A DNA stretch of 64,000 nt, taken from the NCBI GenBank assembly GCA_020137815.1, contig CM035355.1, positions 1,798,001-1,862,000 on the forward strand. Reading direction: 5' to 3'. The position numbers and the translations under genes were made by a program. Under the pieces are notes generated by a model that had not been told where the DNA came from, ran no database searches, and saw nothing but the letters and a program-made list of their open reading frames with translations. Every line of letters starts with the position of its first letter. Position 1 is the first letter of the stretch. Below, one piece after another: positions 50,301-61,323 of this stretch. Source of the DNA: Hormiphora californensis (taxonomy: Eukaryota > Animalia > Ctenophora).

Positions 50301-53300
50301 AAGCACTGAAAGCAGTATGCCAAAGGAAGTTAAACTTACATGTTTTCCCGCCCAAAAGTTCATGGTCCACTTCTTCCTGTTACTGGTACTTTGACCAGTG
50401 ACGACCATGAAATCTTGTAGCCTGATCTTGCCCTTGAAGGCATACTTCTTCCCGATGGTCATGCTCCTCAGACTCATAACGGAGGATCTGAAGTGCCTGA
50501 ACCAGCGAGCACGAGCAGCCTTTCCAAGACCGTTGAACCGATACCCGGTCAACAGCTTGAGAGCGATCTTGTGTTTGAACACGGTATAACGGGCTCCGTT
50601 GATGGTTATGTAGTATCCGATCTTGGCAACTTCAATCAGAATGGCGTATCGGTTACCACGGCCAACAGGGGGATATGGTCCAGTTACCTTGGAAACCATT
50701 TTACCTCCCTTGTAGGCACTAAACAGGACTGTTCCTGACGCTCCCCTTCTGAAATATTAAAGTAAGTAAGTAGCTGCACATTTTCCAATTTCCACATGGA
50801 AATTTGAAGTATTAGGAATTTAAACAGTAAGGAACTCACGCCTTGATTGTGATGCGAAGTCCCTCAACTCCCTTTCCTCGGATGGAGAAGATGAAAGTTC
50901 CAACCATGAAGCGACCAAAGAAGAGGAAGGTATCTCCCTGCTTGATCCCTTCCGCAAACTTGTACACTTTTCCATCGACAGGCTTCTTGTTCACAGGGTC
51001 TATTGGGGTAATTTTAGTTAACGAATGAGTTGGATGCTGTTATACTAGTAGTACTACCTTGGCCTGGTAAGTTTGATAGTAGTGCGGGGTACAGAGCTAA
51101 TCAGTAAGTTTTACTTACACATTCGGTATTTGACGGTGTAAGTGAAGATGTTGGTCAACACCGCCCACTCTTTCTTGGAAATAACTCCATAGGAGACGGT
51201 TGCTTTGAGCCATGAAACTTCACCACTGGGACTCTTCTTGGCCTTCCTTCCCCTTCTAAGGGTGTACTTCCTCCTTCCCCTTCGTTTTGCTTCATATGTA
51301 ACTCCACCGCAATCTATTAAAGTGTTTGAACTGTCTAAATCTTGTCTAAAACCTCATCAAAAGACGAAATTTCGATCATAATAAATGTTGGTCTAATAAC
51401 AAATTTGTGTCTTAAACTTACTAGGTCGGCGATTACAGACTCGAATGGCCTTGTTGAGCCTAACGAAGCCCCGTCTTCCTCGTCTACCATTGTAGCCACC
51501 AAGATACATGCCCTTGTGTAGGGTGTACCCCTTGACGGCCTTGAAGGAAACCTTGGCTGCTGATCGCTTTCCCTTTCCTCCAGCAAGGGGTGACATCCAT
51601 ATAATGTGCTTGCTGTTTCGTCCGTATACCTTCATTCCATTCACATCGATCTGTGCCAAACGTCCAGGAACGTTAACCCACCGTTTACCGGTTGGGAACT
51701 TGCGGCTCACTTGGGTTCGGTAGTAGATCTTGTCAATCTTGTTGACACCAACCACAATACCCCATCCGGAGGCGATCCATTTGAGGGCACCGGGGATTCT
51801 CACCCACTGAAATCATCGGAAATATTTAGATACTGGTATAGCAAAATAATCTGCCTAGCTCTGAAGGGAGCGCTATCTCGTTTGACATGTTCCTTGTCTG
51901 TCAGCTTACGCGAGCCCGAACAGACAGACTGCGTAGCATGGCAACCTAGCGTGGGGCCGTTAAACCAGAAATTAGAAATGGTCGAGGCACACGCCAGACA
52001 GCTCAGAAATAACGGTAACTATTAGGCACTAAAAAGCCTACCTTCTTTCCGCGCCTGTTTTTGTCTCCGTAAGTTCCAACTCGGTAGTAAATGTGGTGAG
52101 CCTTGTTGACAACCCAAACACCAGCACCGCCCACAGAGATCTGAATGGCAGCTCCTCCTACCCTCATCCACTTTCTCTTTTTATGATGCCGTTTGTAAAT
52201 TGCCATACCTTTGTTCACTCCCCAAACTCGGTTAAACTCACTCACTTCAATCTAGGATTAGATCGGGTTCAGTATGTAGAGACTAAAGACCAACTGGACA
52301 CTAAATAATATCTCTTAGCTTTTTCGAAAATTAAAATCTCTCAAACTGTGATTCTTCACTCTACCTACAGGCTACATCACTGATTTACCTTGACGAGTTT
52401 TCCTGCAATCCGTTTCCACTTGTGACCACCTAGCCAGCGGTAAATGTTCATCTGTCGGTTACAACCCCAAACCATGCTACCACCGACAGCGACGTGGGTC
52501 AGCTTGCCCTTGATCCGTTGCCACTTCTTCTTTCCTCTCCAGCGGTAGATGTTGTCGCTCTTGTTGACACCCCATAGACCCATTCCACCGAAGGATACAA
52601 CAACAAGACGACCGGGAAGACGTCTCCATTTGGCGGTAATGCGAAGAGAACCTAGAATGTTGATAGCGATTTAATTAGCTTAGTCTTAGTTTCGGTAATG
52701 TTTTGAAAGTCTACTACTCTACCTCTCCAGTATCGAACTCTGAGCCATGAGTTTTCACCACTTGGACTCTTCTTGGGTTTACGTCCCTTTCGGAGTGTAA
52801 ACTTCCTCTTGCTCTTGCTCTTTCTCTCCCAGGTGATACCTCCACAGTCTGAAAGGCGTGGTAGTTGTGAAATAGTTGTTAAAAGTGTATGATATGTTTG
52901 CATAATGATTATGTTGCATAACATGCAATCAAGTATGCAGTTGTGGGGCGTCAGTTTCACTTCCTGGACCTCTTACCTTTCCTTTTCCGGCAAGCCCGGG
53001 CGGCAGGTCTGAGGCGACGGAAGGCGATTCTTCTCCCTCCGGCGTACCCTCCAAGATACTTTCCTTTGTAGAAGCGGTATCCCCTAACCCACCTCCTCCT
53101 CCTTCGCCTTCTCTTTCGCCTACCCTTCCTACGACGACCCCTCCTTCGCCTTCCTCGACCCCTCCTTCGCCTTCCTCGACCCCTCCTTCGCCTTCCTCGA
53201 CCCCTCCTTCGCCTACCACGACCTCTCCTTCGCCTACCACGACGGCCTCTGCCTCTGGGTGGGCCTGGAGGTCCAGGAGGTCCCGGGGGACCGGGTGGGC

Positions 53301-53931
53301 CAGGAGGTCCCGGTGGGCCTTCGGGTGGGCCTGGAGGTCCAGGAGGTCCTGGGGGACCGGGTGGGCCTTCGGGTGGGCCTGGAGGTCCAGGAGGTTCTGG
53401 GGGACCGGGTGGGCCTGGAGGTCCAGGGGGACCGGGAGGACCACCGGGACCATCATCAGGTGGACCGGGTGGGTGCTCTGATCGCTTAGCTAGCTCGACT
53501 AGCTCTGAAGGGAGCGCTATCTCATTTTCTTCAAATGTAGAATCTGGAGCTGGATTCAAATTGAGAACGTCGGCATCGAACACATCTGGGGAAATACAAG
53601 ACCCATTTGATACAATAAAAACGTTTGGATTTACAGCAATATTTATGAAGGAGCACAAGTTTGTTTATGAAGGAGCACAGTATCTAACTTTCGAACCTTT
53701 GTCAGTGATGGAAATAACTGAACTTTCCGCATAGCCACCGATAAAAAGGCACACGTATCTGGAAATAAATGCCGCAAAGGTTAACACAAATGAGAAAAAT
53801 CAAAATCAACAACCATGCCAGCTACTTCTTTTGTAAAGGAACCGTAGCTCCGACTGAAATCCAAGATTTGTAATCTAATGGTTATACCGCACTTACAATG
53901 TTAAAATAAAAAGTTTATTCCGTTGCCTCAT
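29346..53931 (-). CDS. Giant secreted cationic multidomain precursor (~3,500 aa, ~50 exons): collagen-like, protamine-like, tectonin, galectin, Lys/Cys repeats, CBM-like; carries three frame lesions in the 3' half
   Basis: Hand-spliced exons, in phase at the junctions checked. Exons 53931-53897, 53758-53697 and 53585-52977 give MRQRNKLFILTLYVCLFIGGYAESS...ELVELAKR-SEHPPGPP. The join across 42930/42806 is in phase. The last exon ends HGITKVKSG* at 29346. Confidence 0.75.
33835..34095. mobile_element. MITE with ~40-bp TIRs
   Basis: TAAAGTCGAATTTTTTAATCAAGGGACAGGGGGC ... GCCCCCTGTCCCTTGATTAAAAAATTCGACTTTA; internal segment resembles an element in an IQCK intron (~4285-4500). Confidence 0.8.
36345..36790. 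repeat. Intronic minisatellite (~35-40 bp) built from a duplicated splice acceptor
   Basis: Repeated TTCTGTAGAAGGGGGAGTGGGGTGTTACTTTAT; on the minus strand each unit contains C-rich tract-CTACAG|AAA, copying the true acceptor at ~36367. Confidence 0.8.
37257..37690 (+). CDS. Nested antisense gene: 102-aa secreted protein with 8 Cys (exons 37257-37334, 37460-37690)
   Basis: MFVLYLVLVLTGALVSA signal peptide; AGG|GTAAGT donor and TTTCAG|GTG acceptor in phase 0; lies in an intron of the giant minus-strand gene. Confidence 0.8.
38201..39269. mobile_element. Non-autonomous DNA transposon with G/C-tailed TIRs and 8-bp TSD (GGTTTGCG), carrying a tRNA-like sequence
   Basis: GGTTTGCG at 38193-38200 and 39270-39277; ends GGGGGGGTACCAACC / GGTTGATACCCCCCC; subterminal (TTTTTTGTA)n and GTACGG(T/A)CCGTAC palindromes. 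Confidence 0.8.
38723..38797 (+). pseudogene. Degenerate tRNA-Val(GAC)-like sequence
   Basis: A box TGGTGTAGTGG, B box GGTTCGAAAC, anticodon loop TTGACAC and downstream T7 terminator; anticodon and acceptor stems are mismatched. Confidence 0.65.
39902..40242. mobile_element. Foldback MITE, near-perfect palindrome with ~155-bp arms
   Basis: GCGCCCCCATAAAAAAGTCGCTTGGCAAATTCCCTCG... is mirrored by ...CGAGGGAATTTGCCAAGCGACTTTTTTATGGGGGCGC. Confidence 0.88.
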
Positions 53932-54559
53932 ATTAGTGGCCATGCATTGTTACACACAAAGGGGGGTGCTGGTGGCAAGACTTCTGCTGTATGAAGCTGC
54001 TTTTAGACGAACCCTATAACATGAGAAACAATGTAAGACACAATGTTAGATTAGCGGAAATGACGTCAAATATATCGTGTTCAACAAGACGAAAAGGCCA
54101 TGAAACTACAAAACGGCCAAAGACACACAAGTCCACAAACATATAAAAGATACCCCGCTGTAGCAGCTACAAGCAACAAAGCACACACAATACACGCATC
54201 TAACCTCTAAAGGTCTCCAGCAACCTGGGATTTGATTCACTTCCTTGACGCATAACCAGACACACCCACACAACCAAAACTTCGTGGAAGACATGCTCAC
54301 ATCAATGAACTGGACACCAACCCAAACTTCAAAGGATATGTGCCACCCGGAACTCTTTAGAATGATGGGTGAAGGACTCATTTCGAGCTTTCGGAGGAGC
54401 AGTAGTTATGCCACGCGGCTAAGTGAGAGATGTGTAACCCTCATACGTAAGACTGTCACACGCACAGCTCTCTCTCTCTGTCCACCACCGTACTCTGATA
54501 TATGCAGATACAACCTCAGATACAGCAGACATCATGAGATGTATATAGTTTTGAGAATG

Positions 54560-54724
54560 CAGTCGGACCCCGATTTACAGGAACCGGATGAACTTCCCCC
54601 GATATAGGAAATTAACAGTATTTGACCCAGATATACCGGGCACCCTGATTTACTAGGCAAAACCTTTCTATTTCTTATCCCCCCCCCCGGCCACCGAGCA
54701 TCCTGGTAAATTGGGGTCCGACTG
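54560..54724. mobile_element. Tc1/mariner-type MITE
   Basis: CAGTCGGACCCCGATTTAC ... GTAAATTGGGGTCCGACTG followed by TA. Confidence 0.8.
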
Positions 54725-55185
54725 TAATTGAATTCATTCATCTAGACTTGGTTCAGGATTGTGGAAACTTAATTTTAGTATTTTACACAAGCTTCTCTAT
54801 AACACATATCCACTCTTAAATAACTTATTTAACATTCGATCGGGGTAATATTAATATTAATTTATAAATAATGAATAATACTCTTGTTAACATGTTAAAA
54901 CACGCAATAAATAAATGATCAACAGAAAAGAGGGAATTACACACAGAAATCAAACAAAAATCTCACACGAACATTCCGGAATGTCTTAATTAATTATTTG
55001 AACCACTTGCGTTAAATAGAATTCAATTCAATAGATTCAAAAATCACGTGTATATTTTTCCACAGCAGACAAAAAAAGTTGAAAAAAGGAGGCCAGCTCA
55101 GACAATTGGTTTACAGTTTTCATTTGTTATCCCGACACAGTCTTTGGTAACTTAATTCACCCCACTCCATACCCTACTCGATTTA

Positions 55186-56834
55186 TTACATTTTCTGTAT
55201 CTCGAAGAGTTTTACATTAGTCTCACACCAGATGGGAGGGGAGGTGTTCCGGAGAAATACCAGTCCCCACATGTATCGACGGAACCAGACTGATGTCGCT
55301 GAGTTCGGCTAAAACGGAGGATGGGGAGTCAAAACAGGGATCTGGTTGTCATGAGTCATCAGAAGAACAAACATGCTATCATTATCAGAAGAGCAAACGT
55401 CAAACATGCTATTTGCGGGGATAGAACAAGATGGAAATTCGTGCAGCAGTTGCAATCAGCTCAGCAGTCAGCATATGTTTCGGGCAGTCAGCAAGGTCAT
55501 TCGATCAACACAAAGGCACACAATTTGAAATTGACAAAAGAGTTCCACAAACAACATAAAACTGCAAAAATGTGCTTTTGGGCGCGACTCGCATTGCAAA
55601 TCAACACATTATTGAGCTTTTAAAGATGCTTCATTCAATTAGTGCCCCCATTATAATGATTGCAGCACCCTCCCCCACACTAGAACACAGTATAAATCAC
55701 GTGTCAGTTACCTGGTACTTCCTCATTAGAATCGGATGGGGTACTGGTAACAGGCCGACAAGGGTACCATTTTGTAGAAATGTAATTATCTCACTCTCAT
55801 CAGTCAGGTTTTTATCTATGCAGATCTTCTCAACCTGCAACAATTTGTTCAATATATGTTGTTGGGAATAAGACAAGATTCTAAATAGATGTCACCATGG
55901 CAACCCCTTCGTTACCTGGGGGACGAGCACTTGTAGTAGTCTCATAATCGTCTGTAGGGGCAACTTCTTCCTCCATGTGGCAACCTGAACAGAAAACATA
56001 GCACTTGAGGATGGGCTATCAAATTGCTCTTACTCTACATGAGGGGTATGATTTGATACATTTGTATTACAGAGAGAATTGTCTATAGTATCAGACTTAG
56101 CATAACCAAACTTTAATTTATTCGTCGGATACGATTATATAGACATTTATCTCTTGGTCTCCTTCATAAACAGATATCTGTGGTTCATTATAAGATGAAC
56201 AATATTCATCGCGGCTATATTGCTCGCGATCTATATCATTACTCGTCAATAAACACAGGTCAGGATATATCTCTAATTTATCTTTCTCTCTCTCTCTACT
56301 CTCTCCCTCTCCTCTCCTCTCTCATCTCATCCATTCCCACAAATTGAATATACGTGCTGTGTAAGCGATGAATAATATCCATAGCCTAGAATTGTAACTC
56401 TGCTGTAGACACACACATGGTTTCAGGAGGCCATGCGATCTTACTAAAAAATAATAATTTTGTGGCCCCTCGTAGGCCTGGTAGAGTTTGTGTTTAGCTT
56501 TTGTTTCCCGTAGTAGTAGGGGTATTGTACCAAGGCCAACCCTCTCTCTCTTTCTCTGATCATGCGAGTTCAGGGGAACCAAGATACCAAAATACTTTTG
56601 TTCATATCAATATTTTCGTTGCTTTTGTATTTTGAAAGCAGAGAGAATGAGAGATAGGAGAGAGAAAGAGGAAAAGGAACCGGGTGATCCCCTCTAAGCT
56701 ATGATAGCGCTATCTGCACCAGGTGGAAAGAAAAATAGATCTGGAGCGTGAGAATGGAAGAAAGGAAGATCTGAGATGGAGGGTTGGAGAGAGAGAGAGA
56801 GATAGAGAGAGTGAGAGAGAGAGATATAGAGAGA

Positions 56835-56894
<60 letters not shown>

Positions 56895-56902
56895 GATAGA
56901 GA

Positions 56903-56966
<64 letters not shown>

Positions 56967-59053
56967 AACGTTGATAACAGGTGTTCGAAAAAAGAGCTGC
57001 ACCGGTGAGAGCTCTCCTGCTATATCACATCACGATCACACCACGTTTTCGTTGTGTTCTCCTATCATCGCTACACAACGTATCTTTTTTTTCGTGTACC
57101 AATTAGGGATGATATCAATATAATGTACTTAGCTTTATAGTTTGATCAAGCTACATCAGTCTGCATAGTTATTTAGCATAAATAACACCTTTAACATTTA
57201 CTTTGAAACCATAACATTAACATGTCCATGTTGTTTGATGCAATACAACTTATCCATTGATACTCGAATAGTTTGTGCCGAACTCTAATCGATTTGTGGT
57301 AAACCCACTAAACCCATGTTACCACTCATTGTGATACTATCTCTAGTAGCTACACTAACCCATTCTTTGGTAGGTATCCACTCCCCTACTAACCCATTCT
57401 TTGGTAGGGATCCACTCCCCTACTAACCCATTCTTTGGTAGGGATCCACTCCCCTACTAACCCATTCTTTGGTAGGGATCCACTCCCCTACTAACCCATT
57501 CTTTGGTAGGGATCCACTCCCCTACTAACCCATTCTTTGGTAGGGATCCACTCCCCTACTAACCCATTCTTTGGTAGGGATCCACTCCCCTACTAACCCA
57601 TTCTTTGGTAGGGATCCACTCCCTTGGTAACGAAGTTACCCCTCCCTTGCCGGCGCGCAAAGCGCACCAAACGAAGGCCGCGATGCGGCCTGAGTTAGGG
57701 GTAACAAACCCGCTTTGATTCACTTCAAAAATTAATAGCTCCTCAACCACTCAATGAAAATGCACCAAATTTTGGTATTCCCCACCAAATTGTCTGAAAA
57801 TTATAATTCTGTACTCATATTTGAAAAATTATCCCCGGAACCTTGGTTTTGAAATCAGTTTTAGGTGTTAATGATGAAAAAAATTTTTGAAAAAGTAGGT
57901 CAGGTATGCTTAACATCATATCAAAGATCGTGGCAAAGTTTGAAGTTTCTATCTTCAAAGGTCTGGCCATCAAAATTAAAAAGGTCTTGAAGTTGAACCA
58001 TTTGTACAAAACATGTTGTAACTCAGCTTCTACTTTGCCAAATTAAACCTGGTTTGAAACACTGAACTGCTAATCTATCCCTCCGAATACGGACGAAGTT
58101 TGAAACCGCCAGCTCTATTGGCCGCTCTGCAATACTTGTTTGTGTCAAAGAAATCAGGAAAGTAACGAGATTTGGTCTCGATGTGGCCCTGTGCGCGGCT
58201 CAAACCCCTAAGCTAGAACTATGTAGTGTAGACTACAACTTTTCAGTGCTCAGTATAACGTTTTGGGCGCGTTATAAAAATAGGGCAAGCGCTTCTGATA
58301 CCTCTAAACAGAGTGTGAGGTGTCTTCGATACCAATCCACTCCCCTACTAACCCATTCTTTGGTAGGTATCCACTCCCCTACTAACCCATTCTTTGGTAG
58401 TGATCCACTCCCCTACTAACCCATTCTTTGGTAGGGATCCACTCCCCTACTAACCCATTCTTTGGTAGGGATCCACTCCCCTACTAACCCATTCTTTGGT
58501 AGGGATCCACTCCCCTACTAACCCATTCTTTGGTAGGGATCCACTCCCCTACTAACCCATTCTTTGGTAGGGATCCACTCCCCTACTAACCCATTCTTTG
58601 GTAGGGATCCACTCCCCTACTAACCCATTCTTTGGTAGGTATCCACTCCCCATTCTCAGGTGATGTTGCAACAACAGCTCCCTGCTCCTCCCTCTCCTTC
58701 TTCTTGGGTTTGCTAATGGTGGCCGGGTCCTCTGGTAGGTTGCTCAGCTGGTGAAAGACATGTCCTCTTCCTTATTATACTATACACCAGGTGGGCGTTA
58801 CCTGCAAACAGAATACTACATTGATCCAGTCTCAGTACTTAGTTGTAGCTTAGTAACACCATACGGTAGTTCAAATAGTAGTAAAATTATCTAGCTTGGT
58901 AATAGCTAGTACTGGGTATAAATGATTGACAGTGTGCTGTCTCAGCTTACCGTCAAATTGGTACTGTATTATGTTGTTGAATATCTCCAGAAGGAAGAAC
59001 ACGAGGTGATAGTTGGTCTGGTTGGCCACCAGAAACCAAGGAGTCGAAAATGC
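55186..59053 (-). CDS. HID1: HID1 domain-containing protein, last five exons; upstream exons not found in the window
   Basis: AFSTPWFL...HLVFFLLEIFNNIIQYQFDGNAHLVYSIIRKR; WIPTKEW|VATWRKKLPLQTIMRLLQVLVPQ|VEKICIDKNLTDESEI...GTLVGLLPVPHPILMRKYQ|...PPIWCETNVKLFEIQKM*. Confidence 0.92.
56788..56963. repeat. (GA)n microsatellite
   Basis: Direct inspection; similar tracts at 59385-59460, 60556-60809 and (CT)n at 60947-61080. Confidence 0.95.
57354..58652. repeat. 34-bp minisatellite (ACTAACCCATTCTTTGGTAGGGATCCACTCCCCT, ~17 copies) split by an inserted element
   Basis: Period of 34 (CATTCT at 57361 and 57395); two blocks, 57354-57623 and 58336-58652. Confidence 0.93.
57624..58335. mobile_element. 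712-bp non-autonomous DNA transposon with 9-bp TSD (Mutator-like TSD length)
   Basis: TIR TTGGTAACGAAG / CTTCGATACCAA; TSD TCCACTCCC on both sides. Confidence 0.8.
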
Positions 59054-59384
59054 CTGAAAATATTGGGTCACTTTAGGAATAATATCATGAATGAGATCAG
59101 GATTAAATAGGGAGGAAAGTTAGAAAATATGAGTGATATAGCAGACAAATCTTGCTCTTTGGGTATCTTATTCTTTTGTTTACAATCACCCACGCCTCCC
59201 TCATTAATTTGGAAATATATGTCTTGTGTCTTTCGTATACAATATGAACATATTCATTGAATATAATGCACATTTAAAATGAACTTTTGGGACAAACACA
59301 TGCTGCTACAATATATATCCATCTTGTCTCGGCCCCTCAATATATTAGTGAAGATGGTTTATAGTGCACTTTGTGGTTGTATGG

Positions 59385-59463
<79 letters not shown>

Positions 59464-60615
59464 TGTGAGAGAGGGCGTTTAGCCCATATATTGTCTGTTG
59501 TCACAAACACAATCAATATAAGTTATAACTTAGCTTCTACCATTGTAACTTCCACAAGACAGTCCAATCATCGCCATTTGCCCGATATACCGCACCCTTA
59601 AAAAGATAACCACCTTCTTTCAAACCCAATTGATTCGATGACTATCTAAATCCTCTCTCGATTGATTCGATAACCATTTAAATTCTCTGACTATGTGGCC
59701 CTCCAACTGTCCTGCATGAATGAGGCCCGATCATATTTCATTTACCTCTACAACTATCGTTCTGTCGTTAGCTCTTCTCTCTCTCTGCTGTAGTGCTCCT
59801 ATAATAATGGAAGGAGGAGGAGGAGACAGTCCAGCTACACAGACAATGATATGGTACACTTTGTTATATTCTTGTAGTTGTCTTCTCCTGCAAGGAGTTG
59901 TTCAGACTGTCTCTCTCCTTGTATGTGAGTTAATTTCTGACCGTCTCTTTCTCGTGCGGTGTGTGATTTGAATGGCCATTTACGGAACTTTGGAGGAATT
60001 GGGCAGGTTCTACCTATGACGACATTTTGTTTCCTAATTACAGAAATATTCGAAACCCCGGCTGCCAACTTTCGCCTCTATTTATTAATATCAGGAGTTA
60101 TTTACTCCAATTGTCTACTAATTATCCGGTGTGGCCGCAAGAAATTACCACACTAGAAGTTCTAATATGTCTTCTAGTTGAACACATCCCTGTTACAGAA
60201 CATCAGTTCTTAGTAGCTAACTGCATATAGGCCATCAGAACATCAGTTCTTAGTAGCTAACTGTATATATATGCCATCTGTCAATTCCATTCCTGATTCT
60301 GAAACGTTGTTTGCCATTTGCCACCATATTTGATGGAATATTTAACAGCTGTACTAACTAACTCTCTCCCCCTCCCCTCCCAGATTCTAGAATATTCGTG
60401 GAATGCAGAAAGTGGTTTAAATAGAAATGTATAGCTAAATCTTCTTGTGGCTTACTGGACTAATATTTGTGGGGGTGGGAGGTAATGCAATTGCAGACAG
60501 GATAATATTATGAGACTAAGATTAAGTTTGGGAGAGGAGAGGAGTGATGACAGCAGAGATAGAGAGAGACGCCGAGAGAGCAAAGAGAGAGAGAGAGAGG
60601 AGAGAGAGGAGAGCT

Positions 60616-60646
<31 letters not shown>

Positions 60647-60706
60647 CGAGAGAGGCTGAGAGAGAGATGAGAGAGAAAGAAAGAGGGAGAGAGAGAGGGA
60701 GGAAGA

Positions 60707-60750
<44 letters not shown>

Positions 60751-60751
60751 C

Positions 60752-60805
<54 letters not shown>

Positions 60806-60956
60806 GAGATTCGGGCCGTGGTTGTTTGTTTTTGAATTTTAAGTGCACGGTTGGTCTCATATTAGTACTGGATAGGTGCCGACACCGTGTTTTGCGATTA
60901 TTGTGTGATTTGGCTTGATCACGCTAATGAAGAGCTCAAAGCAGCTGCTCTCTCTG

Positions 60957-61058
<102 letters not shown>

Positions 61059-61323
61059 TCTCTCTCTGTCTCTCGCTCCCTGAACTCCAGTTTTATACAA
61101 CTTCCTCTTCATTTCTCTGAGAGTTTTCTTCCATTCAATCCACTCTGCGCAATCAAATGAGATTGCCCCCCCCCCCTCACAACCAACGCTCTCTCTCTCC
61201 CCGTATCTCTTTTATTCTGAGCCGTTTTCACTTTTATCTTTTTAACAGTTATCTTCTCTTAAATTTTACTTCGTTTGGATTTTAACTAAATTCGATAATA
61301 AACTTGTTGTTATAGCTCCCACT

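Noticed and set aside
57354-58652. Common origin of the two 34-bp tandem arrays
   Set aside because: Same period but unrelated sequence; this one derives from a HID1 exon junction.
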